Of a stretch of DNA of 64,000 nucleotides, positions 46,554-57,652 are shown in pieces; within the stretch, counting starts at the first letter, position 1; each line of letters starts with the position of its first letter. The stretch lies in the IMG/VR virus record IMGVR_UViG_3300025288_000019; one strand, written 5' to 3'. The position numbers and the translations under genes were made by a program. The DNA is from an uncultured virus (IMG/VR IMGVR_UViG_3300025288_000019). Lineage: Duplodnaviria > Heunggongvirae > Uroviricota > Caudoviricetes > Schitoviridae. A model generated the notes under the pieces. The model was given only the letters and a program-made list of their open reading frames with translations. It was not told where the DNA came from and did not search any database.

Positions 46554-49500
46554 ATGCCAACTTTTAGCGATTTGCTCGCTGAACTAGTAGTAACTCCTCA
46601 GTCAACTGCACCTGTAAATCCAGCAGAACCTTGGTTAAATATTAGCCGTAACGCTTCCTATTCTTTCAGTTCACCAGAAGAAAAAGCTGCTATTAAGGCA
46701 AAATTTTTAGCTAATACTCCTAATGGGCAAGCAATGATTAACCAAGTTGAAGGGCCAAATAGGTCATCCTTGGAAAATTTAAAGATTATTGCTACTGAAA
46801 GTTTACGCAATGCCTTAGACGCAGCACGCTTATCAGACGATGTTGCAACAGGCATTATTGATAATAACACATCTGGTATTTTAGCTGAAAATGCAAAGCG
46901 TGCTTCAGAACAGTATATTCCTGAATCATTAAAAAGTGCTTATGAAACAATGAGCACTATGAAAGATAAATGGAATAATGCTCAAGGATTCAGTGAATCT
47001 CTACAAGCTGGTTTATCTATTGCAGGAGAAGCTACAGAAAAAATATTTACTAATCCAGAAGGCATAGCTCAAACATTTGCACAATCGGCTGGTAATATGT
47101 TGCCCTCAACCACAGGGCAAGCTATTGGAGGCATTGCCGGGTCATTCTTACCTGTTCCAGGAGGTAAGATGTTAGGTGCAGGGCTTGGTGCATTAGTAGG
47201 TGGTTTATCCACTGAAGCTGGAGCAAGGCTAATTGAAGAAGCTCAGCTAGAGCTACAAAGATTAGGCTTACCTCCTACTGCAGATAATTTTACAAAAATA
47301 TTTAGTAACGAAACGTTTAAAGAATCAGCAATGGCAAAAGCTAAGTTAAAAGCTATTGGTACTGCTGGTGTAGATACTGCTTTAGGAGTTGGAATTGGTA
47401 AAATGGGAATTTCTGCTGCCAAAACAGCAGAAAAGCAAGCAACTCTTATGGCACGTAGTGGAGTTAAAGCTGCTAAATATGGCTCAGAATTGCTTTCTGA
47501 GCCATTTTCAGAAATGACAGGGCAACTAGCCGCAGGAGATAAGATAAACGCAGGTGAGCTTGTTGGTGAGTTCTGGGGAGGTGTTGGTGGGTCAGCTATT
47601 ACAGCTCCTTTAGATGTAGCGACTTATGGAGCTAAAGAAATACAGCATGTAGCAAATACTGCTCCTGCTGATTCAGACTCCATAATGGAGACTCGAACTG
47701 CACATGACTATGAAGATAAAATAGACGCTCTTACTCAGGCAAAAGATGTATCTGAATATAGCAACCCAGCATCTGCTATGTATAACCCTGTACTTGCAGC
47801 AGATGCTTTAGCAAATATTGCTACTCAAACAAATATTTCCGATGATGACAAAGCAGCCATTAAAGAACAAGCAATAGGATTGTATAATCAGGTTAGCACT
47901 AGTGTAACAGAAAACCAGAAACAAATGGCTACCTATAGCCAAGCATTCAAAGATAAAACTATCTCTGAAGAAGACATAAGTAAAGCTAAAGTATTAAACG
48001 CTACACTCAAGGCACAATACGCGCAATTAGACGCTATTGATAAGCAGCATAATTTAATTAGCAGCGTGCCTGATACAGCTACTATAGAAAATACACTAAA
48101 TGACCCTGCAAAACATACTGATGAGGAGATAACTGGAGTTGTAACTCAAATTCTTGGTTCACAGAATTATGTTGAGCATACTAATACAATTCTAACTCCT
48201 ACTGTAGTAGATAATATTTTAAATAATGCTACTGTTAGTGATAACGTTAAAGAGTTAGTTAAATCAACTGTAGCTTACTCTAAAACTATGGCTGAAGTCA
48301 GCAGTGATATTATTCAAGGGGGTGCAGGATACAAAGGATTACTAGCTTATCAGCAGAATATTTCCAAAGCTATAAGTAAAAATCAGCCAACCGCAGCTAC
48401 AGAAGAATTAGCCGCATTGGCTAAATTTGCTAATGATAAGCAAATGAGAGCCTCTACTTTTAGGAATTATTTAATTGGCTTAACTGTTGCTGGTAAGCCA
48501 ATTAGCCAAATAGACAAGGATAATATGGCTATTCTTAACTCTCGCAAAGAGAGACTTGATAAAAGTGCTTTTTACGCAAATCCTAAGAATACTAATAAGT
48601 TATTTAAGTTTACCCCTTATTCTATCGGTAAAAATAAAGCATCAATCGCTCTAGTTGAGCAAGCAGAATTAGAAGCTGGGTTGTTAGCTAAATCTGTAAA
48701 TTTAATGGATAAAGCAATTAGCACTATTGCTAAATCTAAAAATGCAGAGGCTACAGTTAATCCTACTGTTGAAACTACTAAGCAAACTGTTAGTGACACT
48801 GCCTCAGCAGTTGCAAGTGAAGTACAAGAAAGCTCAAATATTACATTAACAGCTACACCAGAGGTAAAACCATTTAAACCTTTAGCATATGTAACAAAAG
48901 ACAACAAAATTCACATTAAATCTGATTTAACTGAGCAAGAATTTTGGGATTACATAGATGGTAAGGCAGACTCTGTTACATCTGAGCAAAAGAAAGTTGT
49001 GCTCAATCAGTTAAAAACTAAACATGGTATTACAAGAGAATTTTTAACCAAACAATTATCTGATCTAGGTAAAATTAAGACTTTCTTACAAAAACATGAG
49101 CAAAGTCACATTAACCATAAAGATAAAAATACCTACTTTAAAAATGGTAAAGACTATTTAACTCAAGATAAAATTGATATTGAAATTCGTGCGACATTAG
49201 AGGCTTTAGGCATCGGTAACGTGCCTCCTGCCAGCACCGAGGGAGGAACGACCGAAGGTGCTGTAAAGGAGGCAAAGTCACCGGTATCTAGTAATACTGA
49301 ACAACTTAATAATACAGAAGTATCATTAGATGCCCCAGAGTATCTAACTAATACCGGAGAATACGATAATATCCAAGATTCTGATTATACTAATTACATA
49401 GATTATGAGAATTCTTTAACTAATACCCCATTTGAAATTAGTAACACTCTTAGCCAAGACGACAGTATTACTCTCTCTACTGAAAATACTCTTGCAGATC

Positions 49501-52500
49501 TAATTCCCACTGAGCAAAGCAAGCAAGAACAGGCAGCTAGTAAACTTACTGATAGAAAAGGCAATATATTTACAATTATAAATAATATTAAAGAATTCTT
49601 TTCTATTAAGAAAAATAAATCACTATTTCAAAAAACTACTAATGTAGTGCAATTACTTAACATGCACTTACGTAACAACACATTAGATAGTTTAACTACA
49701 GTTTTTAATAAAAATAATCCTGTAACTGTACCTGCACAAAAAGCAGTAGATTCAATGATTAGTTTTTACCAATCATTTGACGCAGCTAATCGTGCTATTT
49801 TCAAAGAATTCAAACTAACACAATTTGTTTTTCGTAAAAAAGATCCTATACAGTTCTTTTCAAAAAACGGAGTATTAGATGAACATATTAAACAAGCTAT
49901 TGCTTTGCACTTATGGCATTGGTTAGCTACTAAAGGAGCTGACACACTATTTAATGATGAAAAAGGTGTATGCAAATTATTAGGGTTACCAGAAGAAACT
50001 GTACTACCTCCATCTGCTGAAGCACTTGCAGAGGTAGGGGTATCTTCTAATATCCTTGTTGACACTATTGGACATGAAGTGCTTAAAACCCTTGGATTTG
50101 CTGTTAATAAACATGCGCTAACCAGTGAGCAGGAAAGGCTGTCTATGTCAGTTGGTTTAATGGCTATTGCTACACTTGAAAAGATGGGCATTCTTACTAG
50201 GCATAATGTACCTGTTGGTTTAATTAACGCTATAAAACAAGATATTAGCGATCTAAATGAAAAAGGTATTATCACCAGCCATGAAGTTATTCCAGGGCAC
50301 ACAGCAGCTTATTTTAGGTTAACTCCTGCACTAGATACTAAGACTAATATTGAAACTATTCCCCAGTTTATTTTAGATATTCAGCATGCTCATAACCAGG
50401 CTAAAAATACCTTTGCATTTATTACTAGAGGAGAACCAGATAAAACTAACTATAGTTTTGTAAAACCCGCATTTAAAGAAAATTACAAAGCTCCTATTAA
50501 AAATAGTAAACAACTTGCTAGTAAAGTACAAACTGCTAATTTAATTAAAAATGACAGCCGCTCTTGGGTTGCTAACAGTTCAATGTTTAATATATTTATG
50601 CTAATGAGTCCTAAGCATAAACAGCTATTACAATATGCTGACCCTACACAAAGTCATATAACTAAAAAACGCTCTGCTGAAAGTGTTAATCGCAGCCATG
50701 ACAAGGCTATTAGTGACTCTTTAGCGTTATTAGAAGAAGCTAAAAATAATGGAAGTTATAGTACACCATTTTATATTTTGTCTGAGCTTGCAAAACAGAC
50801 ACGTATGCATCAAGTAAGCAGTGTTAATCCCCAAGGTAACAAAATTCAAAGATGGCTATTTTCTATGACTGATTGGGCAACAGAATTCAGCCCTATTACT
50901 AATAAGAAACAAGATGACAATTTCCATTTAGCAGTTGGTTTAAGTCTTGGATTAGAAGTAGCAAAAATAGGTAGTGCAGAAGATGTAATAAAAGCCACTA
51001 AAGAAGAAGTTACTAAACCAGCAGTTAGAAACGCTATTACTGCTTTAAAGAACATATTCAGTAAAGAAACGCTAGATACTATTAACCCCAAGCTAACCTT
51101 ATCCTTACAAGAAAAATACAATAAAGAAATAGACACTATTCTTAATGGGGTAAACGCGTATACTGGTGTATTACATACACTTAAAGGTTTAGTTGAATAT
51201 GCCAGATACGAACTAGCTATTCAAAATAAAACTAAGTTAACTTCAGATATTGCATTTGAAATAGATGGGCGTACTAATGGCGGAACTATTGGTAGATACC
51301 AATTACTTTCTAACCAGGATAAAGAAATTAACGGATTAGCTCATGTTGCAGCATTGCAAAGTGCAGGTATACAATTTAGTGATGCTGAAGATGATTCTTA
51401 TGTTTATTCTTCATCTGCAAAAGCAGAAAATATACATCATCATGACTCCTATCAAACTTTAGGCATGAAATGGACTAAATTTTTAACCAAAATAGAAAAT
51501 AGCCTAATTGCTGGTACGCATCATGATTCAATAGTTATGTATGACAAAATACAAGCTATGCGTAAATTACTAGGTGACTTTAAAGTTGAAGGAGGCATTG
51601 TAAACAAGGCAATGCGCCAACTCTCTAAAAAACCTAATATGCTAACTATGTACGGCATTGGTAATGAAAAGCTTATTAGTAATTTAATTCTTAAAACATT
51701 TATCAGCCATGACACAGAAAGTAACAATGCTATTTATAGCAGATTAGAGCTAGCTGTAGCTGCTAATAACGCAACAGATTATAATACTCTCATAGCTTTA
51801 ACTAAAACACTTGGTTTAACCGAGTTTAGCAATAAACTATCTAGTTATATTACTAAAGACGGCAAAATTAACTCCAAAGCTCTCAGTGTAACACTTACAC
51901 CTAAAGAAGTAGCTTCACTGTATAAAGACATCAATATGACGTTAGGAGTAGCTTTAAAGCAAGCTATTAAAGAAATATTCGGTGAATTTAAAGATACTAA
52001 AGATTCTATCAATCATGCTGCTGGACTAATGACTGCCTATTACAATGTTATCTTAAAACAGCGTGTAAAACAGGTACTTAAAGAAACTAAGTCTACTGAG
52101 CTAACTGTTGAAGCATATAATAATATTATCCAAGAGTTAAACCCATTATTTCCTGCAGTGCAAAGTCCATTTGCTACTTCTAATATTGAATTAGCAGCAT
52201 GGGATAATTTACGTGACTATTCAGATAATGAAAAAACTAAAGTTACTCAGGTATACACTAAAGGTACACTAGCAAACTTAGCTGCTTATATAAAAAAATT
52301 ACCTACACTAAAAAATCCAGGGGCAAGCCCGTGTGTCTTAACTATACAAATGCTTGACGGCACAGTTGCTAACCGTAATTTAGGTGAAGACTACGCATTA
52401 CTAAATGTGCATGACGCTGCAATTATGGGGTTTAACGACATACAATCTGTTGCAACGATACAAAATAAGAACTTTATTGAAACTATGGATCAGTATTCAA

Positions 52501-55500
52501 TAATGGGAAGTATAAAGCAATCTTTAGAAGAAAAATTAGCTTTGTCTAAGGAATATTTCGCTAAAATGGGTTTATCTACTAATAAATCAAATGATTTATT
52601 AGATGCAGAATTTAAAGCAATGGCATTTAAGCCAAACTTTAAGGATGACCCAAACAAATTACTATTTATTAACGCTGCAAGTATCCGTAAAAAAATTATA
52701 GAAAATGTATCTTTATTAGCTGAAGAAACTATAGATAATAAAACTGAAATAGTGAACGGGTCACTAAATGTAAATCAGTTTTATTTTCCTGGTTATGGGT
52801 ATAAAAAAGAAAATACTGCACCTTTATCTCACGTATTAGGAGTTGCCACCAAAGATATTAACTCAACCATTGTAGAAGCTGTAAAAAATGAAGCTAACTC
52901 AATAGACACACTAGCTAAACTACTGTTAATAAATAAAACTAAAGTAGTAGATAAAGTTTCTGCAGCAAAGCCAGGGCAGCTATTAAATGAGGTTGGCTCA
53001 AAAATATCAATCTATTGGAATATCCCAGGTAATACCTTACCAAGCGTCGCTACTATAACTCATATAAGCAGTGACAATCGAGTTATTACAGTTAAAAATG
53101 ATAGTAGTGACAAAGTATACCAGTTTACTTTCAACAGCAATAACTATGCTAATCCTATCTATCTTAATAGTAAGCACACTTCTGCTAAAGTAACTGGGTT
53201 ATTCGTAAAAGACGCAAACGCACTAGGTAGTAGTGTTAATAGCAATATCTCAGTTGACCCTAACGATTACTCTATTCAACAAGAGATTAACCAGCAAAAT
53301 GTAGTTGACACGTATAACCAACTAAAAAATTTAAGTAATGTGCCTATGGATGCTCAGCATGATATGTATATCCAGTCTATGCTCACTGATGTAGCCAGCA
53401 CCGTAATGCCTTCTGTTGATTTATTCATAAAAACAGATGAAACAGTAGACACACAAGGTGTATTTGCTCCTGGTTCAGCTACTATTAAAAATAAGATATT
53501 TTTATCTCACCAGACGATCACATCTGGAACACGAAATATGGGGTTAAAGATGTCTATGGGGGAAGCATTTGCACATGAAGTAATTCACCCAATTATCTAT
53601 ACTGGTTTACGCCTTGACGCTGTACTACGGTCACAAGTACGCGAGTTATATAACTATGTTAAAGCAGAACTGCATACTAATCCTAATGCTTTTGTTTATT
53701 TTTTAAACGATCCTACTATCAATTTAGCAGACTCAGCTTATACTTTTGAAATTGCTGAAGCAAAAGAACGGTATAACTATGTTTTTGGAGATAAAATTCG
53801 AGTTAACTCACAAGTAAAACAAAACCAAGTTACAGGTAAGTGGGCTGTTAGAAATGACTCTACAGAACTAGATGAGTTTATGGCGTTTGCTTTATCAAAT
53901 GCTAATTTTAACCGTTTTGTAACGGGGCTTAAACTAGATAGTTCTAGTCACCCTGTATTTAGTAGAAATACTTGGAAGGGAGTTATTGGAAAAAATATTC
54001 AAGAAACTTTACTAAATATTTATAGTAAAATCACGGAGTTAATCCAGTCTAACTATAAACACGCAACAACTGATAACGTAGCACATGAATTGCGCAGGTT
54101 AGCTAAAGAATTAGCTAGAGTTGACTCTGAGAATAAATCTACAATTTACTCATTTATTAAGAAAAAAGAATTTTTAGAAACTAAACTAGCTACTGCTATT
54201 AACAGCAAGCTTAAAAATACTATTGCTAGTTGGAATATATCTAAAGGTGCCAAATTTTTAGCAGATATGTATAAAAATGAGTATCGCAAAGATACACATT
54301 TAGGGCTTTATTTACGTGAAGTAGCGTATAAATGGCATAACTCAGACTATGGGGTAGCTGCGTCTATATTAACTTCATTGCGTGGCCCTAACAGATTATT
54401 GGCTAATTTACACACAGCGTTAAATAACAGAAAATATCTTCTTGATGGTGCCCGTAACTTAGAAATTGAAAAGTTTTCAAATGCTGTTGCTGATTATTTC
54501 GGTAGAAAACTAACTAAACCAGAAGATATAGCTTGTACGCACGTACTGCTAAAAGCTGACTTAGCTGCATTGGCATCTGCATTATCTGTTAATGAAATTG
54601 CTGATATTGTGCAAAGTAAGACTAAGTTAGATCGAGCAATTTCTGCTATAGTAGGTGAAATTAAAAATAACCCAGCATTATCAAAACATTTAAACTACTA
54701 TATTAAAAATGCTGAATCACTAAGTCATTTAATCGTACATGGGAAAGCACTAAATAAAACCACACTCTCCTACATTAGACCTATCGCTACAATGCGTAAT
54801 ACGAAGTTTAAGGGTACTCTAACTGAAGTACAGATAAACCAAGCAGAATCAATTTTAGACCGCTTAACGTCGCTGTATACTTTGCAAAGAACTGCTGAAA
54901 TACACAAAACTACTGTAGCAGCTTTGTTTACTGAAAACACCGAGGGTATGGCCAAACTTCTTGAAACACACAAGCAGTTAAAAGAAGAAGCATTACTTAG
55001 GCTATTCAATGGTAATAAAAATAAATTTCAAAAAGGGTATATTCACCAGATATTTAATACTGGGATCAGACATGAGACAGGATTAGCTGAAGAAGAAGCA
55101 GCTTTTAAGTTTAGAGGATTTGACAAAAGTAGCCTGCCTATTGCTAAAGACCCTGCACACTTAAACGAACCAGACCAATATTTATACGTTAATCGTAATG
55201 GTAGAGCTAACTCATTGGTATCTGCACTTATATCTTATACGGGCAATACTGCTAAAGGTAGCAAAGCATTTACTAACCCAATAAAAATGAGCGAGCTGGT
55301 TCATCAACGTAAAGCTGCATTTGACGATTACAGCTCAAATAAAGCTTTAGGGCCTAATGATAACTACTTGATACCTTCAGTTAATGATGACGGAGATGTT
55401 GTATCATATCGCTACCAAATGGCTCAGACAACCAAAGATAATGTGCTAGAACAAACACATGACATGACTGCTGTTATTGGAGCTATGGCAGGTGAAATTA

Positions 55501-56816
55501 TTGATAAAATTCAAACTAATATTCATAATGAAAAAGCTATTCAAGCTGTGAAAGATATTTATAATACTGATTACAAACTAAACCCTGGCATGTACGTATT
55601 GATAAGTGATAATGCCCCTGAGCAGCGTTATCGAGATATTTATGCTATGATCCCTGATCAAGCTAGAAAGGATATGAAGCGTATTTGGGGTGCTAAACAT
55701 ATGTATGTTAGAAAAGACTGTGTGGATTTATTATTTGGGTATTACCAATACAGTATGACAAATGCCTTTGATAAAACAGCCCAAGACAGAACATTTTTTG
55801 AAAAAGCACTAGTTAATACATTTTACTTTATCTTTAAAGACAAGGCAGTTGCACAAGTTAAAAATTTTGAAGATATGCTTATATGGTTAACTAAAACTGC
55901 TAAAAATACAGTTATAGTTAAAGGTATCGAAGTTACACTTGGAAACGCTATTAGCAACCAGGTATACTTAAAAATGCGAGGTGTCCCAAATTCATTTATA
56001 TTCACTCATTCTAAAGCAGCTATTATAGATGGTGAAAAATACCAACGAGATAAGCGTGAATTAGATAATTTAGTATTAAAGCTTAAAGTTGTAACTGGCT
56101 CGGTAGTAACTGGGCAAATACCTACTGCTACAAATCAAGTAACAATAACCAACTTAAAAAGCAGAATAAGAGAATTAGAGACTGATATTACAAATAATCC
56201 TACTACAGTATTTATTGAATCTGGGGGTATGCCAGGATTAGTTGATGATTTAAATATTGACAGCAAAAAGACTCTATATCCTGGCTTAATTGATACAGCA
56301 ATCAATAAACAGGTTAAAAAATTACCTTCTACTCTACAAACTGTAGGCAATGTGTTATTGATGACTGAGGATACTCAAGGATACAAACTTGCTAACAATA
56401 TGGTTAAAATGACAGATTTTGTGGCAAGGTATATTTTATACAAGTGGTATACTGATCCTGCTAGAGGATCAGAACAAAAAAGTAAAAAAGAAGCTGTTAC
56501 AACAGTAATGGATGAATTTATTAACTTTAACATACCTAATAATAGAAAAATTGACTATTTAAACCAGATCGGCTTATTATGGTATACGAAGTATGCTATT
56601 GGTATCTTACCTGTAGTGGCTAAAGCAATTAAAGACAAACCTTTTGAAGCGTTGAGTACGTTTGCACTGGCAAACACATTTGGTATACCAAGCGTAGTAA
56701 AATCTGTTCCTACTAATTTAAGAGGATTGACTAAAGTAATAGGTAATCCTTTTACTGAATTTGGGCAAAGTTTTGATGAAGGATTCGTTACTTCGTTAAT
56801 TAGTGGTGCTTTGTAA
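46554..56816 (+). CDS. Virion-encapsidated RNA polymerase (N4 gp50-like)
   Basis: 3420 aa; TRMHQ..NPQGNK, EIDGRTNG (motif A), RQLSKKPNMLTMYG (motif B), NVHDA (motif C), DFVARY C-terminal motif. Confidence 0.95.
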   Translation: MPTFSDLLAELVVTPQSTAPVNPAEPWLNISRNASYSFSSPEEKAAIKAKFLANTPNGQAMINQVEGPNRSSLENLKIIATESLRNALDAARLSDDVATGIIDNNTSGILAENAKRASEQYIPESLKSAYETMSTMKDKWNNAQGFSESLQAGLSIAGEATEKIFTNPEGIAQTFAQSAGNMLPSTTGQAIGGIAGSFLPVPGGKMLGAGLGALVGGLSTEAGARLIEEAQLELQRLGLPPTADNFTKIFSNETFKESAMAKAKLKAIGTAGVDTALGVGIGKMGISAAKTAEKQATLMARSGVKAAKYGSELLSEPFSEMTGQLAAGDKINAGELVGEFWGGVGGSAITAPLDVATYGAKEIQHVANTAPADSDSIMETRTAHDYEDKIDALTQAKDVSEYSNPASAMYNPVLAADALANIATQTNISDDDKAAIKEQAIGLYNQVSTSVTENQKQMATYSQAFKDKTISEEDISKAKVLNATLKAQYAQLDAIDKQHNLISSVPDTATIENTLNDPAKHTDEEITGVVTQILGSQNYVEHTNTILTPTVVDNILNNATVSDNVKELVKSTVAYSKTMAEVSSDIIQGGAGYKGLLAYQQNISKAISKNQPTAATEELAALAKFANDKQMRASTFRNYLIGLTVAGKPISQIDKDNMAILNSRKERLDKSAFYANPKNTNKLFKFTPYSIGKNKASIALVEQAELEAGLLAKSVNLMDKAISTIAKSKNAEATVNPTVETTKQTVSDTASAVASEVQESSNITLTATPEVKPFKPLAYVTKDNKIHIKSDLTEQEFWDYIDGKADSVTSEQKKVVLNQLKTKHGITREFLTKQLSDLGKIKTFLQKHEQSHINHKDKNTYFKNGKDYLTQDKIDIEIRATLEALGIGNVPPASTEGGTTEGAVKEAKSPVSSNTEQLNNTEVSLDAPEYLTNTGEYDNIQDSDYTNYIDYENSLTNTPFEISNTLSQDDSITLSTENTLADLIPTEQSKQEQAASKLTDRKGNIFTIINNIKEFFSIKKNKSLFQKTTNVVQLLNMHLRNNTLDSLTTVFNKNNPVTVPAQKAVDSMISFYQSFDAANRAIFKEFKLTQFVFRKKDPIQFFSKNGVLDEHIKQAIALHLWHWLATKGADTLFNDEKGVCKLLGLPEETVLPPSAEALAEVGVSSNILVDTIGHEVLKTLGFAVNKHALTSEQERLSMSVGLMAIATLEKMGILTRHNVPVGLINAIKQDISDLNEKGIITSHEVIPGHTAAYFRLTPALDTKTNIETIPQFILDIQHAHNQAKNTFAFITRGEPDKTNYSFVKPAFKENYKAPIKNSKQLASKVQTANLIKNDSRSWVANSSMFNIFMLMSPKHKQLLQYADPTQSHITKKRSAESVNRSHDKAISDSLALLEEAKNNGSYSTPFYILSELAKQTRMHQVSSVNPQGNKIQRWLFSMTDWATEFSPITNKKQDDNFHLAVGLSLGLEVAKIGSAEDVIKATKEEVTKPAVRNAITALKNIFSKETLDTINPKLTLSLQEKYNKEIDTILNGVNAYTGVLHTLKGLVEYARYELAIQNKTKLTSDIAFEIDGRTNGGTIGRYQLLSNQDKEINGLAHVAALQSAGIQFSDAEDDSYVYSSSAKAENIHHHDSYQTLGMKWTKFLTKIENSLIAGTHHDSIVMYDKIQAMRKLLGDFKVEGGIVNKAMRQLSKKPNMLTMYGIGNEKLISNLILKTFISHDTESNNAIYSRLELAVAANNATDYNTLIALTKTLGLTEFSNKLSSYITKDGKINSKALSVTLTPKEVASLYKDINMTLGVALKQAIKEIFGEFKDTKDSINHAAGLMTAYYNVILKQRVKQVLKETKSTELTVEAYNNIIQELNPLFPAVQSPFATSNIELAAWDNLRDYSDNEKTKVTQVYTKGTLANLAAYIKKLPTLKNPGASPCVLTIQMLDGTVANRNLGEDYALLNVHDAAIMGFNDIQSVATIQNKNFIETMDQYSIMGSIKQSLEEKLALSKEYFAKMGLSTNKSNDLLDAEFKAMAFKPNFKDDPNKLLFINAASIRKKIIENVSLLAEETIDNKTEIVNGSLNVNQFYFPGYGYKKENTAPLSHVLGVATKDINSTIVEAVKNEANSIDTLAKLLLINKTKVVDKVSAAKPGQLLNEVGSKISIYWNIPGNTLPSVATITHISSDNRVITVKNDSSDKVYQFTFNSNNYANPIYLNSKHTSAKVTGLFVKDANALGSSVNSNISVDPNDYSIQQEINQQNVVDTYNQLKNLSNVPMDAQHDMYIQSMLTDVASTVMPSVDLFIKTDETVDTQGVFAPGSATIKNKIFLSHQTITSGTRNMGLKMSMGEAFAHEVIHPIIYTGLRLDAVLRSQVRELYNYVKAELHTNPNAFVYFLNDPTINLADSAYTFEIAEAKERYNYVFGDKIRVNSQVKQNQVTGKWAVRNDSTELDEFMAFALSNANFNRFVTGLKLDSSSHPVFSRNTWKGVIGKNIQETLLNIYSKITELIQSNYKHATTDNVAHELRRLAKELARVDSENKSTIYSFIKKKEFLETKLATAINSKLKNTIASWNISKGAKFLADMYKNEYRKDTHLGLYLREVAYKWHNSDYGVAASILTSLRGPNRLLANLHTALNNRKYLLDGARNLEIEKFSNAVADYFGRKLTKPEDIACTHVLLKADLAALASALSVNEIADIVQSKTKLDRAISAIVGEIKNNPALSKHLNYYIKNAESLSHLIVHGKALNKTTLSYIRPIATMRNTKFKGTLTEVQINQAESILDRLTSLYTLQRTAEIHKTTVAALFTENTEGMAKLLETHKQLKEEALLRLFNGNKNKFQKGYIHQIFNTGIRHETGLAEEEAAFKFRGFDKSSLPIAKDPAHLNEPDQYLYVNRNGRANSLVSALISYTGNTAKGSKAFTNPIKMSELVHQRKAAFDDYSSNKALGPNDNYLIPSVNDDGDVVSYRYQMAQTTKDNVLEQTHDMTAVIGAMAGEIIDKIQTNIHNEKAIQAVKDIYNTDYKLNPGMYVLISDNAPEQRYRDIYAMIPDQARKDMKRIWGAKHMYVRKDCVDLLFGYYQYSMTNAFDKTAQDRTFFEKALVNTFYFIFKDKAVAQVKNFEDMLIWLTKTAKNTVIVKGIEVTLGNAISNQVYLKMRGVPNSFIFTHSKAAIIDGEKYQRDKRELDNLVLKLKVVTGSVVTGQIPTATNQVTITNLKSRIRELETDITNNPTTVFIESGGMPGLVDDLNIDSKKTLYPGLIDTAINKQVKKLPSTLQTVGNVLLMTEDTQGYKLANNMVKMTDFVARYILYKWYTDPARGSEQKSKKEAVTTVMDEFINFNIPNNRKIDYLNQIGLLWYTKYAIGILPVVAKAIKDKPFEALSTFALANTFGIPSVVKSVPTNLRGLTKVIGNPFTEFGQSFDEGFVTSLISGAL

Positions 56817-56874
56817 TTTACATTTTCATATAAAATTAGTATGACTAACTAAACCAATTCAAGGAGTATAAACT

Positions 56875-57234
56875 ATGAGGCCAGCCACAGTTAATTTAAA
56901 ACCTCACACTAGAGGCGACACATGGGAAGGCATTCCTATTAGTTCAGTTACGATTAACGGTGTACCTCCCATTGCACCTATTGTATCTGCAAGGTTACAA
57001 TTTAGATATGCAGACACATTAGAGTTAGCTTACGAGTTAAATTCAGTTCCAGCAGTAGATAAAGGTACAATTACTATTATTGACCCTAACATCTGGAATA
57101 TCAGTATTGATGCTCAAATTCTTAACATGCCCGCAGGAGACTATGTGTGGGATTTTGAAACAACTGACTCAGACGCAGTTGTGCGCACCTTATACACGGG
57201 TAAATTTCAGCATGTGCAAGATATAACACTGTAA
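56875..57234 (+). CDS. BppU-like adaptor, paralogue-like to 29617-30027
   Basis: RGDTW...SARLQFR...AGDYVWDFE...GKF.HVQDIT. Confidence 0.6.
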   Translation: MRPATVNLKPHTRGDTWEGIPISSVTINGVPPIAPIVSARLQFRYADTLELAYELNSVPAVDKGTITIIDPNIWNISIDAQILNMPAGDYVWDFETTDSDAVVRTLYTGKFQHVQDITL

Positions 57235-57235
57235 A

Positions 57236-57649
57236 ATGAGTGACGAACGCGTTATAGCCAATATTACCTTACCTACTGTTAATATTGTTACAAATATTAC
57301 TGAGATTGCTAATCATGTTAGTTCCGATGTTGTAGTAGGCCCAACTGTTCAGATGGATATTTCTATATCAGAAGTATCCATGCGTAGTGATTTTGTGACG
57401 GCATCTCACACAGTTAAAGCTAATTTTACTAATGGTGTCCCAGGTAAAAAAGGAGACCAAGGTGTGCCTGGAGGTACTAATCCAGCCTATTTTAGGCAGC
57501 ATGTATCTTTAGAAGCTGCAATGGCTTATTTTGCTCAATACCCAGAACAATACACAGAAAATATTATATTTATTGTAAACCCTGATCTAATTTATACTCA
57601 GCTAAGTGAAGATCAAGTTATGACCGACGACACACGACTTGGAGAGTAG
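57236..57649 (+). CDS. Tail-associated protein with a short collagen-like motif
   Basis: Val/Ile-rich N-terminus, GVPGKKGDQGVPG. Confidence 0.55.
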   Translation: MSDERVIANITLPTVNIVTNITEIANHVSSDVVVGPTVQMDISISEVSMRSDFVTASHTVKANFTNGVPGKKGDQGVPGGTNPAYFRQHVSLEAAMAYFAQYPEQYTENIIFIVNPDLIYTQLSEDQVMTDDTRLGE

Positions 57650-57652
57650 CAT

